A stretch of 64,000 bases of DNA from Styela clava (Eukaryota): positions 2,170,001 to 2,234,000 of the forward strand of contig NC_135256.1 in NCBI RefSeq assembly GCF_964204865.1, written 5' to 3'. The notes under the pieces are model-generated. The model did no database searches. It saw only the letters and a list, made by a program, of their open reading frames with translations, and was not told the DNA's origin. Below, in pieces: positions 49,442-63,463 of this stretch. Made by a program: the position numbers and the translations under genes. The stretch's first letter is position 1. Each line of letters starts with the position of its first letter.

Positions 49442-50661
49442 TTCTAGAAGACCTTCCTACTCGTATAAAAACAAACACGGCATTATAAAACCACTACACC
49501 ACCATCATTGGATCTGCCAAACCGGATCAGGACCTGGTTAAACACAGGATTTATCACAGAAAATCGGGATAATTCTAAAAGTAAGGATTTTCAATAGCAA
49601 TGCAAAATACTTTGCTAGTGAAACGCTGTGGCACAACTCACAAGTATTGTGCAAGCATGTGTATCTCTGAATCTGAAATCAGCCCTCCAGGCTTACAAAA
49701 ACGTCCATTATTTTTTTCATTCAATGTTTACGAAGCTATTGTAGTTCGGAAGTACAGAAGCTTTTGCATTTTACTGATAATATATGATCTAACGCTTTAA
49801 TCACAAGGCCACTGATATAGCTGAAGATGAGAATCCATTTTTATTCAGGTCCTGAATAAGGTCCCTTTCAATCTACCTGAAGTAATTATACTTTGAGGTA
49901 AAATTTTTGTTTTAGACTCTCAATCACCAGAGACAAAAAAAATGGCCCCCTCAAAATCAGGACGAATATTTGGATCGAGAAAACGAAATTATTCGCTGGG
50001 AAATACGGTAATACAAGCTTTTAAAAATAATTTACTTGTGAGTTTCAAATTGATGCTATTTATCTTTTATCTATTTACTTTAAATATTAGTCTTTTAGCT
50101 TCGAATAGGACCCCAGACAAGCATCCACTGATAACTTTAAAGATGTGTAAGGAGGTATTATTTTTGAAAAATAAAACAGAATTTGCTCTTTACTGCTTGG
50201 ATCCACAATTTTCTTTATTCTGGTTGAGATGATGAGCAAGGGATCAGAACCCGAGATGTATAACTTGCGATGTGGTTTCGACTCGGTTGATTTTAGCACT
50301 TGTATCGCTAGGCTTGACCATCACTTTCATGTTCATATCCTTTTCCAAAATAAACCAATACATTTATGATTGTATACATTCAGTATTTGCTTTCGTTAAA
50401 TTATGTATATTATGCACAAATCATAAATTTAATCATAGATTTAAAACTAGTTTACAACTAATGAATCAAAATGTCAGTACTTGGATAAAAGAGTCTGCTA
50501 GAAAGCCAGTATTTTATCAAACTCAGACACCAAAATTCTAACAAAAGTATAGATTCAATTTTAATGTAAAATCTGTATTCATTATTCACTGAACTTTACA
50601 GCAACTCTATGCCCTCAGGTCTAACTGTACTTCTAACGATTTGAGCATTGTTCTCTCGGCA

Positions 50662-51125
50662 AATTCCTATGGTTGAAACGAACATAGACTGTTGTAATAG
50701 GTCGGGAAAACATGCACGGAACAGGCCAACACGTCTTCGTTGATCCAACATGGTTCAACGAATAGCGATGTTCGCTTGTTAATAACACGCGATTCATTCA
50801 TTCTGCCTGCAACAGATGCCCAGGTCCCTATTCTTTTTTATCTTCCAATACAGCGTTTAATAATGAAGGTAATCATATCAAAATCCTTAGTAACAAATCA
50901 GTCCAAAGTTGAAACGGCCAGCTAGAGGGTGTGCTCCCCAGAAAGTAACCGGTCACTTGATGACATCACTAACTTTAAAAAAAATCCAGACCATGATAGA
51001 AGATGAATTTGATAAAAAAAAAACGCGCAGAATCTAATAAATTCAATTTAACTTTTTTCAGGGGAGGGATCCTTGTAGATCTTCAAATTGGAAGCTGAAT
51101 GGCCTCTCATTTCCACGAGATCGGC
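50662..51125 (+). repeat. Dispersed repeat, copy 2 of 1..425
   Basis: Co-linear alignment with the start of the window. Confidence 0.85.
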
Positions 51126-51251
51126 TTCGAATATGCTTATGAACTAACCCCTAAAAAATCATTAGAATCTATAAAAACTGACATGCTCGCTAGTTAACAA
51201 AAATTCTAACAAACAATAAACTCAAGAGAAAAGAACAGGGTTCAGTTTTAA

Positions 51252-51545
51252 CTCTCTTCGCCACGAATCCTACCTAAAATAAATTTTTAACGCCTTTGTT
51301 ACTGTCGTATTCCGTTTGCGACCAAACGTGCCAGACAGAGTCGTATGTAACAACAATAACTTGATTTACAATAGAACTTCGAGGAAAAGGATGCCAAAAA
51401 AGAAAATGGAAAACAATGTATAATTTAGAGCTCTTGCTGGAGTTAGCAACTGCCATCTGAAAAATGGCACAAAGTTGTCGTGTGCCACGTTTCACCTGCG
51501 ACAATAGGAGTCGGAAAAAGGGGAAATGAATCGATTCTCGAAGAG
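51252..51545. mobile_element. Possible piggyBac-type MITE
   Basis: TTAA|CTCTCTTCG...CGAAGAG|TTAA; TIR short and imperfect. Confidence 0.4.
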
Positions 51546-52222
51546 TTAAAGATGTGACTGACGCTGAGTAAAAACTCCTAAATACATTTAAAAAAATGTA
51601 CCAGGGTGGAAAAGGCACCAATCGCATGGTACCTGATTTGGTGCCGACTGACTAGAAGGTGCCGATGGTGCTAGAAGATGGCATAGCCATAGAACAGAGT
51701 GCATAACCTGCGGCTATACACGTTGAGGCCGTGTTAACGTGTTTATAAATGATAATTGTACTTTCACTCTTCGCATGAATGGCAAGGACATTTCGATTAT
51801 ATTGTTACGTCATTGAAAGCATCGGTAACTCATTGTGGCGTGATACTTCTCTTCCATGGCTACACGAGTTCGTCTTGGGGTCTAACGTTCTTCTGGTAGG
51901 CGTAGAATAACAATTTTTGCACGTGTCAATCCTAACCCCGACCTGACTATGCCATCCAAAATTTACGTCACTACAACGTCACAGTGACGTAATATAGCCC
52001 TTCAAACTATATCTTACCTAACGTTCTTCTAGTAGGCGTAGAATAACAATTTTTGCACGTGTCAATCCTAACCCCGACCTGACTATGCCATCCAAAAATT
52101 ACGTCACTACGATGTCACAGTTGATATGTCCCAAAAGATTCACATCACCCTAAAATACAGTGTGACTCAGTTTACTGTAAACTGCTTTATTGTGCTAATA
52201 TTGTGTACAGTGTTTTAATTAA

Positions 52223-54960
52223 CCTGATTCAGACGATCAATCTTGCCCAATTTGTATACCCATTTTTATTTAAGTCTAAAGACCCCAAAATTTATCAAAT
52301 ATATCGATTATTATATATCATTGCAAAGGTCTTTTCAAGATCTATACGCTACATGTCACTGGAGGACCGTAAACGCGAAGCCATTCCGATGACGTCGCTT
52401 CAAACGCGGAAAATTGAAGAGAAAAATTTACATGCCTGGTATTCAGTCAACTGTGAACAGCGTATTCTCGCATCTTACTTGTTTATGTCTTTACAGTTCG
52501 CTGCGCTTTGTTACTACGATTCTGTCAACACAAGACTGGTGTGTTTTGAGCGAGTAATACGCCTGTCGTGAACGAAATTGTCATTCGGCTCAGTTGAGTC
52601 TGAGCGATCGATTAGACCTAACGCTGCCTTATCGTCTGTGATAATATCACTCCCTTATATTTCGTGTATAAAAACATTGCTATTTTGCTGGCATAACATA
52701 TATTTTATTTACAAATACGATAACGGACAAACAAAATAACAAAAACTGTACATGAAATTATAAAGGTTACAAATACGATAACTGAAAAACAAATACTTTA
52801 CATAAAATTATAAAGGTTTGCTCTGTGAAGGTATCACATGGAAGAGAAAGGGCGTGATTATCGCCAAAATTCTTTTTTTGTGTGCCATTGCGTAAAGCCA
52901 CATAAAGATGTACGCCACATTCTCGACAAATTACGCGCGATCTCGTAACATATTTAGGGCCACCCCTTCTCTGCTTATGGGATTCTTTCACAGAGCAAAC
53001 CTTGCAGATTCGCAAGGCATTTTGGAAAGACGGCAAATGAAGCCCTACATTTTGGAGTCTTAGTTCAAGTTGTTCACTAGAGCGACGTGGTGGCACGCCA
53101 CAGTCCTGAAATCACCCAACAATTTCGTGACCAAATCTTTTCGCCATTCTAATGGCACGAATTTTTTCCTTTCATTTTCAGGCAAAATAGCCTTCGCCAC
53201 CACGATACTGTTATGTAACGCTACTTCGATTAGGTAAAAAAAAATACGTCTGTACCATGTTTTGGAACGTCTTCCAATGTTATAGTACTTTCGCATAGCG
53301 TCATTGAAATCCACCCCGCCCATATAATTATTATAATCATGTAGAAGAGGTGGACATGGCATGTCTTGCGATGGCATGCCACGCCCACCCCTTCTTTTCA
53401 CAGTTCTGAGTTCCATTGGAACATCTGGCTCGTAATCAGGCTTGTGAATTGTTGATAAAAAATATACCGGCCTGTTGTCAAGCCACGATTGACAGAGAAG
53501 CTCGTGGGCCATTGTCCATTCACTGTCACCTCTTGTATGAGTTCTTTTAGTAAGTACAACTTCGCTTGGAAAGTTTTTTCTTCCCAAGCGCATTGTACCA
53601 CATGCATAAACATTGTTTTCGTATAACTTTCTAAAAAGTTCTGTTGACGTATAAAAGTAATCTACATATAGGAACGGATCAATTAGATCGTATACCACCC
53701 TAGATGCTAATCCCACTTCTTGAACTCGTGGATCCTTGCCAGTATAAATTTGGAAACATACCCTGTTTTCGATTCTGCCAAAACCCAGACTTTTATTCTA
53801 AATCTAACACGTTTTGAGGGTATAAATTGCCGAAAGCTTATTCTACCTTTGAATGGTATCATTGATTCATCAATTGCTATATATTTGTCTGGGGTATAAA
53901 CTGAAAGTAACGTGGGTTCCACAAGTTCAAGAAGTGGACGAATCTTATAGAGTCTATCTCTTAGTGGGTCCTGCGGCGATGGGGATTTGGATTCATCACA
54001 GAAGTGAAGGTATTTCCATAAAAGTTTGAAGCGATCTCTTGGTATTATTTTGTTTGGTGTGGGCCAGTCGAAAATCCAGTTCTTCTTCTGCCAGTACATG
54101 GTCAATTGTGGCATTCTTATTAGGCCCATGATAATAATTAGGCCAAGGAATGCTTTCTCCAGAAGCTGCAATCTTCCGCTCGGCATTGAGATTTGTCATC
54201 TCGACAATTAGGGCGATTACATTTGCGGTAATAAATTGTGAAAAGACATCCAAACTTGTAGTGTGAGGGGGAAATCGTTTTTGTACCCCTATTCTCTCGG
54301 AAAATGGACGCATCACACGGGGAGTTACCACCTTCTGCCAGTTTAGTTGTGGACCTGATGGGGTTGTGGTTCTTGTTCTTCCTCGCTGTCGACCTGCCAC
54401 TGCTCTTCTTCGACGGCTTCTCTGCGAACCACGAACATTGCGGGCTGGCGCATTCGAAGGGCCGGGTACGTCTGAATCTGAGCTCTCCTCATATTCGCTC
54501 TCAGGTTGTGCCTCTAATACATCGACTTCGTCCCCTGAACTTCCCATTTCACCAATGACTTCATCGTCATCCTCTATTTCGTCTAAGCGTCTCAAAGCTT
54601 CAATAGAATCGAAAAATCGTCTAGTCGTCATCGTTGCAAGTAATGTAATACTTTGTTATAAGTTTCTCATCATTTTATCTTGACTCGTAAACAATGCTCT
54701 GCTTTTTACGAGATGAGCACCCGCTGTTTTACTAAAGCTAAATGTGTCGTCAATCAATAGTGTCTTGCTGAGTGTAATGTCTTCGCTTCATCACTTTCTG
54801 ATGTCATATGTAGGCCATTGTTTATTTTGAGGTCATAGAGAATTAGTTTCCATGTTCGTGCAACAATAGAACGAACATGAATCATGTAAGGACATTCACG
54901 GCATAGAGCCACATTTCCGTCAGTCGCGCTAGATAGTGCCTTTTGCCGTATATATGTCAT
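52223..54960 (-). mobile_element. piggyBac element with frameshifted PGBD4-like transposase (ATG 54631 to about 52830)
   Basis: IDESMIPFKGR, YVDYFYTS, YNNYMGGVD, C-terminal CKVC...CREC; TTAA|CCTG end at 52219-52226; other TIR not found. Confidence 0.9.
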
Positions 54961-55040
54961 GAAACGGAAGAACAGACACTATAGTAACCCATCTCAGACA
55001 TCACAACAGATAATCCTGACTGTAGTTTTGAATTGGAACA

Positions 55041-55872
55041 ATGGCTACTGAACAATTTGAATCACCATCCAGGTCCAGCGGAAAGTTTGACCCAGAGATG
55101 CACACCACGAATGTGCATGACGCATTCTGTGACTTTGTCAACCAGTTTCATTACGAATATGAGGCTATTGCGAGGGATCCCCCTCAAGGCACGGATGACA
55201 CAAATGCATGGGTCCAGATCAACAAAAGAAAAATATTTCTTGGCCGATTTGCATCTCGCAACTTTCAAAAAGACTTTGAAGACACTGTCGCAGAGACTGA
55301 TCGTTCACTTCTCACATTCACAAACCTCATTGCAAGAATGAAGGCCAGATATGAGCCCACTCGCAACTATACCTTGACCAATCATGAGTTTCATCGCTTA
55401 AATCAAGATCAGGACGAGAGCTTCAATAACTTTGTCCATCGTTTGCAGCATGAAGCTCGATCTTGCAAATTCAGCTGCAGCAATGAAGGCTGCGACATCC
55501 CAGATATCATGGTACGCGACCAAATTATAGTTGGAACGAGACATGATGACATTAGAAGGAATGCTCTAAAAAATCAGTGGGGGCTTAAGGACCTGATAAA
55601 AAATGGGCGCAAGATAGAGGCTGCATCCCACACAGCACAACGCCTCCTGAAAAACTCGACAACTGAGGAAGACTTCACCAGCATATCCAGGATGAGACCA
55701 GGGAAATACTCTCGTAAAACAAAGAAATCCAAAGCTGATTCACGGCCAAAATATCCTCTTCCCCAGTGCACCACGTGTTCTTCGAACTTCGACATGTCAG
55801 GGTGGAAAAACATGTCAGGCACGCCATTCAAACTGCTTCGCTTGTGGTAGAAAAGGCCACTTCAAAGGGTAA
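55041..55872 (+). pseudogene. Gypsy gag (frameshifted near the CCHC knuckle)
   Basis: FHRLNQDQDESFNNFVHRL...CKF...MVRDQIIVG; CFACGRKGHF knuckle is in a shifted frame. Confidence 0.85.
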
Positions 55873-55911
55873 AAAATATGTAGAGGGAAACCAGCAGCAA
55901 GAGCACACAGG

Positions 55912-56775
55912 GTGAAGCCAAGAACTAGATCCTCAGAGCCACATTCGGAAACTGACAGCTCCTCCGAGAATGATACAGAGGAAGAAAGCAGTTCACCCAG
56001 CTCCAAAGAAGGAGTGCGCAGAATGAGACGCATACATAGAGTCCAATGTAAGAAGGGAGTATCAAAGAACAGCCGTTCGAAGAAGCCTGCCTTCACTCCA
56101 GCCAATCCGCACGAAACAGGATCTACTATTCGCAACATAACAAAACCTCGATACAGAGTGGAGATAATTGTAGCCGAGAGACGCATCAAAGGTTTCGCGA
56201 ACACGCGAGCAGACATCAATGTGATGTCAGAGACTTCTGCATCCAAACCAATCAGATGTGCTGGATATTATGAAGGTAGTATCATGTTCAAAAACGCAGC
56301 GACCACAGCTCGATTTTACATAGTCCCAGGTGATTCAGAAACACTACTCAGTGGCCAGCTTTGTGAAGAACTTGGAATCATCAAATTCAACAACTGCACA
56401 AAGGAATGTTCAGGCAAATTACGAGCTGTAAGAAAGCTCCATTCATCTGAATCAGACATTTTTGCAAAATACCCAGAGGTCTTCATGGGTGTGGGAACAC
56501 TGATCGATCATGAAGTGCATTTCTATATGAACAATAAAATACCTCCTGTTGCTCAGGCAGCGCGTCCAATTCCATTTCATCTCCGGGAGAGATTCCAACA
56601 GGCTATTGTACAAATGGAAGAACAAGGAATCATCGAAGAGCACAGCGGTCCAGCACCTTGGGTCTCAAACCCGGTGCTCACACCAAAAGACAATGGTAAT
56701 ATCAGAGTAACCATAGATCTTAGAGCTGTAAACAAAGCAATCAAAGCGAAAGCAATCAAGCAAGCACAGCCCTGA
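55912..56775 (+). pseudogene. Gypsy pol fragment: degenerate protease and start of RT
   Basis: FANTRADINV (decayed D[TS]GA), TLLSGQLCEELGII, PVAQAARPIPF, APWVSNPVLTPK, IRVTIDLRAVNKAI, then truncated. Confidence 0.9.
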
Positions 56776-57189
56776 ACATATTACCAGTGACGTAATATAG
56801 GCCTTCAAACTATACGAACCGACATCCGAGACGAGCACCCGAAATCGAACAGCTGTTTCTCTCGTTTTCTCGTCGCAACGATCTCTATATGAGAGAGCTC
56901 GCTGACGTCAGTCAGTTCTTTATCGTCGTCGCCGATGCCATTTCGGGTGATCGTACATATATTTGGCAAGCTCTATGACGTGGATTGTGATGTCGTAGTA
57001 ACGTAATTTTTGGATGGCATAGTCAGGTGGGGGTTAGGATTGATACGTGCAAAATTGTTAGTCTACGCCCACTAGAAGTACGTTAGGTAAGAAACTACAC
57101 GAGACCCAACGACTTGTATCTCAACTTTTGTAAAGTCTAGCAATAGTCGCATCAAAGCTTCTTACAAGGGGGCGTATAATCTTGATGTT

Positions 57190-57490
57190 GCTGGGATGCC
57201 CAATTCCGCCGGGGAACTCATGAAGCAATGTATCGTGGACGCTGTTATCTGCGTTCATCTTGGCAAGGAAACAGAATATTTATCGATTGCTCTCTAACGA
57301 TCTACAGTCCAACGTCGATAGTATGACATTGCCCTGCAGTTGATGCTCTCTATGCAAGTAGTTAAAAAGCATTCAAGTTTTTTTTGCGCTGGCTGTCGAT
57401 GAGTCACCGGACATTGGCGACTCGGCACATCTCCTAGTCTTCGCTCGTCGTCTGTCGGGGCGGTTTGAATTACGCGAGGATACTCTTCTG
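57190..57490 (+). mobile_element. hAT-Charlie transposase fragment
   Basis: GELMKQCI...RSTVQRR...FALAVDESPDIGDSAHLLVFAR. Confidence 0.75.
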
Positions 57491-58779
57491 ATTAAAACAT
57501 ATTCGTTGCAGTTACAATGCCTGCATTCGTTCCGGATTTAAGAGATCTGGTACTTGGAGTCAAGTCGTGTGTTCTAACCAAAGACAAGGAAGCATGAGCC
57601 TCGTCTCTAGATGTGTCGTTACGTCATGACTTAATTCATCGTTTGTTGTCCGTGTATATCTACATTATTAAACAACTTCAAAAACGTTCAACACTGTCTT
57701 CATTGCTATACATAAACAAAGAAGAATTCTATGAATGATAGCGAACCGAACAAAACATTTTTACAACAACAACTATTCAACCGAAAAGCAAGAAAACGTG
57801 TCATACCACTATCAGGACAATTATTATCGCATGATGTATCATAGATTGGGAATAAACATTACCACACAGAAAAAAAACATTCAAAAACTTGACTACATAC
57901 GATCAACGAGAAGTGAGCTATTTGTTAACTATTTAGAATTTAGAAGAACCTGTTGTAAACGATGAGAAAGACCACGCTCGCAATTTCACAAATTTGCCGC
58001 TTGTTTTAGTGGAGTGTTTCCGAACCAAAAAAAATATTGTGAACAGCGATTGTTCAAACAATATTAATATATCGACCAACAATCATATATTTGAAATAGA
58101 AATGGCCGTTCTCATGGTTGACGGAAATATGAACCCTGTTTTACAGAAAAACATGCTTACACCCTATCGTAGTTGATTCAACATGTCACAACAAATAGCG
58201 AGGTTTGCCGATAAACTGCACACAATTCATCCTATCTGCCTGAAACAGCTCCCCTGGTCCCTTCTTGATCTTCCACTTGGACGACTATCAACAACTAATA
58301 CGACAGCGTTTTATTGCAAGGTTGATCATATGAAAATCATTAGTGATAATTGTTTAGAAAGCTGGGTTTACACGTATTGCGATGGTCGTTATGGGATTGA
58401 TTGCCCAGACAGCTTCGTAGCATAGAAAATGGGTGTTGCCACAATTGACAGTATTTATCGTGTGGTTTTGGGATGAAAATTTTATTCGAAGGTACAAAAA
58501 AAGAAGAAAGTTGTTTTTACAACTGATTTCGAGGATTCAAAAAGATGATGTTGGTAATATTTGGTAAGCACCAAATCGACTACAGATCAATACGTTTCCG
58601 ACGGGGTAAGAGGGATGAAATCGTCGCGACAATCATCGAAATTTATTGTATCATCACAACAGTTTTCTGCAATCACAACAATAACAAAAAACAGAAACTC
58701 CACAGAGAAATTACAAGTATCAATGATACCAAAAAGAAAACGGGAAACAATCAACCAGAGGTTTTTGGCCTCTTCGCTT

Positions 58780-59035
58780 TTATTGGACACGTAGTAGACA
58801 TAACGATCGTTTCAATATTATGTTGTTGTTCTTGTTCTTTGACACGTTTTTAAAAAGTCGCTTTTCTCTTTGATTACTGGACTAATTGCTTTGAAATTTT
58901 CAGTGGTTGAAGATGAAATTTTTCTCCAGAAGGCTATTACTTTTATTTATTTCAAATATTTCTGTTAGCTCTGTAAGATTTGTTTTTGTTTGCTATGACG
59001 TCACTAAACGTTCTGCGGATATCGGACGCCATTTT
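58780..59035 (+). mobile_element. HINE family 2 5' part (a matching 3' end lies at about 60146..60180)
   Basis: Aligns with 8801-9045. Confidence 0.65.
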
Positions 59036-62000
59036 GTGTCCAACGGACCATCTTGCAATTTCAATTCACGCTGTCACAAGACAGGAGTTCTGGTACCGTA
59101 ACACAGCGCGGTGACACTGAACTAACTCGTAGCTGACAAAAGCTTGAAAATCCGTACAAATATGAGAAATAAAAAGATGAAATTTGGCAGGTGGGTAGAG
59201 TTGTGTTTTGTTTAACCATATTTGAAAGTTTAGCGTTTCTACATTCGAAGGAGGGGGAATAGGGGGTGTGCGTTTCCGATACGTCGATAATATCTTTGTC
59301 AACCAATTTGCGGCCACCGTGTTTTCGTCTGTTTGATTGCTGTGATGTGGTGCTTTGTTTATAATTTAACGAGTTTTGTTCGAAATAACCGTGTTCTTGA
59401 AATATATGACGGTCACAAATGCAATTAGAAGCCCAATGTTTTCACGCTGTCACAAGACCAACAATTGTCAACCAATTTGCGACCACCGTGTTTCGTCTGT
59501 TTGATTGCTGTATGGCTGCGTATGCGATTGTCTCGACGCAGCAGAAACGATGATCAAGGCTTGAAATCCGTGGTCGCACACCGGTCGTTCGGTCGGAAAT
59601 ACGTCTTTCGAGTCGAGTGCCGTACTTTGGGGATTTGTATAGCTTTAACCCTTTGTCGTAGAAAGTTAATACGAGGTTTAGCGTGTAGAATAAATGCCGC
59701 CAATGCACCCACGGTGAAAAAATTAACGGGTTAGATATATTGGTTTTTGTTTTATAGCGGTTTGAATGAAATTGTTCGCAGACTGGCTACACCACCCTAG
59801 GCCTGGTGAGTTGTCCGTGTAGTCGAATTGTCCATCAGCCCTAAACGGCTATGACAGTCACTGTACCAAAAATTGTACCCCGATTCGGCTGGTGTTAAGT
59901 TGACGCATGTTATTTAGTAACGTTTTTATGTGAAATGTTTGACTGTGGTTCGGTACCTGATCCGATAATACGGCACATAATTGACTCATATCACGAGATA
60001 TTTCAACTGATGTTTCAATTGTCACAGGACCTAAAATATCTATGACAGTCCCTGTACCGTCACGGTACCCCGATACAGGTACTGGTAAGTCACCGCCGGT
60101 ATGTTAGTCGTTGGTCACCGCATATGATTTTTGGGGAATTGTTCTGCGTGTCCATATATTTGAGCATTGCTCCCTTGTTTGTAAGAGATTTAGGGAGAAT
60201 CCCAACTGAGTTAATGAAAAGGGTAGGATTTTTAAGGTTCTATTACATTTAAATCACGTACATCTGAACCCACGACAATTGCACCTGCATACTAATGCAC
60301 CTATGGGAATTTTCTTTGTTTTGCGGATATTTGAACCCACACTAACCCTAACCCATGGATTTTAGCACCCGCATATAGATTGAACCCGCGGATATACACA
60401 TGGGTTCAAATGTACGGTCACCGATTTTTAATGCTGTCTTCAATAGTTCAGGTGAGGCGGATTAACTTTTACTGGCGCATGGGACACAGCAGAAGGTAAC
60501 ATATAACTATATGTGAACGGGATTGCTGTACACATACAGCAATAGCGTTATCAGCAATTGGCACAAGTTTAGAAAATAGCAATGTAACGCTAATATCATC
60601 GCCAGAATATTAGTAATCTCGTTATATTTTACCATGCTGAAAACAGGTTGTTTTGAACACAAGGATGTCAACAAGGTAAAATGTCTTTACTTTGTAGTGA
60701 AATTTCAAGTTGCTACGCGGATAACTTTTTGAGTCTTAAGTGGTAAAGGAAAGAATACATACATGGCATTCAATATAATCAACGTCAACAACATTTGCAA
60801 GAATAAAGTTTCAAGCAAGAAAAATGGTTCATCCGCGTAGCTTGAGCAACAATTGATTTGAAGACCGTATTTTCTATTGAATGACTTGCTGAAGAATGTG
60901 TCGTTTTCAGTGGGCTATTTTCTGCTTTGCTTATGACGATGCGACAAATAACATTAACGAAGTATGTCCATTGAAATTTGAAGAATTATCTCGGTATATC
61001 TTGTTCATGGCTTTAGGAAACGTTCGCAAGATATCAATGTACGATTACAATTTTAACAGAGCGGCATCTGAAAGATGGATTCACTCAAATGACACGTCAT
61101 CTTACTGAAGTAAATCTTTACAATAATTGTAAACAATGAAAACTTGCTTGAGAGAAAGCAGATCAACATGAGTAGTAGTACGACTAGTTTCTACAAAATT
61201 ACTGATAGTATTATGTAATCGATTTTTTTTAAAAACGAGCAAGGTTTGTTACAGAAAGTCTGTGCCGACAAACGAACATTGAACTCCTACACATGCAACA
61301 GAGGGAAGATATTTCAAATAATTTTTATGAAAACCTTACCTAGTAATGAACAACTACTCGCAATCCCCTGGCGAGACAAGAGACCCATTTCAAAGCTATC
61401 AACGATACGATTTTTTAGAAAAGTAATTGCGAGAAACATCTGAAATCATCCAGAAACCGTCATGCATTAAACTGCACTACAACTTTATGGATGATAACGA
61501 TTTAGCAGATCAATCTACTCTAGTTATTACAACGTGAAATGACGGAATAAAATCTTTCTGGCTAATTGCAAAGCCGTTTGAGATTAGGATACCTTTCAAA
61601 TCAAAATTGAGCGAGTTTTACACAAATAAAAAATAATAAACAGTTTCTGAAGAAAGTTCATTCAAGTGAAAAATACGAAAGGTCAAACACAAAAGCCAAT
61701 GGTTTCTGAATGTATCGCCGTATAGATGTTTGATTTGTGAGTTAGTGCTGCTTAAATTAACATGTATTTTCCTTTAAATAAAGTAATAAATTTTTTTATC
61801 AATTCAAGTAGAATACTTTATTATGCAATATTAAAGCTTATAAATATAAATACGGAATAAAAATTTGCTAAGCTCAGGCCTCCGGCCTTTCGCCCAGTTA
61901 TTTCATTCATAGTTTTGAGTTTGTCCCTGATTATGCCCAAGAAATTATGGTAAGTCTTATATATATATAATAAATTGATATAAATAATATAATAATAACA

Positions 62001-62089
62001 GACAGGTCAATCGATAAATGGTTCTTCACAATAAAATTTTGTAGGAAATTTATTCGATGTTTTATTCATCTACGCTTTTTCTTTTAGAG

Positions 62090-63436
62090 CTCGGTATGTA
62101 AAAAAGAACGGTGTAGAATGTAGATGAAATAAAAGCATTTCTTGGGCTGGTTGTAGTGACATCATTCGTCTTCCCAATGTTCGTCTGTATTGACAAAAAA
62201 AGAATTGGGTATTTGATATACGGAGTTCCAACAAAATTATGCCTGGAGACCGATTTATCGACATATACAAATATATTCACTTCTGCGACGAGACATTGGC
62301 GCCGAGGTCTGCTGATGCAAACAAAGACAAACTGCACAAAATTCGTGGTCTTCTATATCTTTGATCTTGGCCCTATTTTAAAACAGTTATCCCAGGAAAA
62401 GATCTATTAATTGATGAAACATTGATACTTTTTAAAGGAAGAATTGGTTTCCGTCAATTTAAAGAATCGGAAAAGGGCAAGATTAGGCATCAAAGTCTGG
62501 GTACTAGCTAAATCTGACACGGGCTACGTGTCCAGAGTAAAGATCCATTGCGGAAAATAACAGGCAGCTGATTCATAAGCTGGACTGTCGTCTCGAGTGG
62601 TAAAAAGATTTGATCAGTCCTTTTGAGGGGCTGCATCACCGTCTATACGTAGACAACTTTTATACAAGCCTGAACTTCGAGTATTTACTCTCGAAAGGCG
62701 TTTATACCTGTGGCACATTCAGGAGCACTCGGGTGGGGTTCCCGAAGGAACTTATTGCGACGGGCGTGAGTTCCTCGAGGTACCACCGATTGGCGTATGA
62801 CCAACCAATTGCTCGCCCAATCGTGGGTGCTGCCGTCAATTTCTTCTCCGCCAGTCAGAATATGATGCAACTGATGACGGCAAAAAGACAGTGAGGAAAA
62901 GAGGCGGGCGGGGAAAAAAAGGGCACTGTCGAAGTGCCATGCCCGTCTCTACTACGAGGTTACAACACTCATATAGGAGGAGGTAATTTGTCTGGCCAGA
63001 TGCGCAAATATTACAATTTGACTAGACGTCACGAGTATGGTGCCGCAGAATATTTTCGTATCTGTTAGAAGTGGCTGTGCGCAATTGCAGGGTGGTGTCG
63101 AGAAATCTATCCGGAAGTCAGTCGTCGGGTTCGGAATTCCTAGTAGAATTGGTCACTGCCCTGATAGGCAGCCACAGAGCATCTCGACGACTCTCAGGTT
63201 CATCAACCTCATCTCCGAAAAGACTCCAAAATACGGGGGCACATTTTTCCGTTTTCACTGGGCAGATAAAATTGTGTGTAGTCCGTTTCAAAAATGTCCG
63301 CGTTGCCAACGAAAAATCCACCATTCCGCGGAGCACAATAAAGTGTGATAAATGTGATGTTCTTCTCAGTGTACGCGAAGGAAGGAACTACCGGTACTTT
63401 CGCGACTGGCATCACAAGGTGGAATATTGCCGATAA
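62090..63436 (+). pseudogene. Second, more decayed piggyBac transposase
   Basis: EIKAFLGL, IDETLILFKGRIGFRQF, HRLYVDNFYTS, C-terminal KCDKCDV; many stops and frameshifts. Confidence 0.85.
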
Positions 63437-63463
63437 AATTTTCGTATTGTATATTTCGGGTTA

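Larger units (their letters stand above)
52122..56783 (+). mobile_element. Deleted Ty3/Gypsy LTR retrotransposon
   Basis: Ends TGATATG...CATATTA flanked by acagt/ccagt; gag and truncated pol inside. Confidence 0.65.
52011..57091. mobile_element. MITE with TIRs of about 110 bp, split by a Gypsy/piggyBac insertion; extra partial left arm at 51882..52010
   Basis: 52011-52119 is the reverse complement of 56986-57091; internal sequence resumes at 56784 as in the 51982-52010 copy. Confidence 0.75.

Noticed and set aside
53060-54631. Domesticated or active piggyBac gene
   Set aside because: At least three frame breaks, small deletions and a missing TIR.
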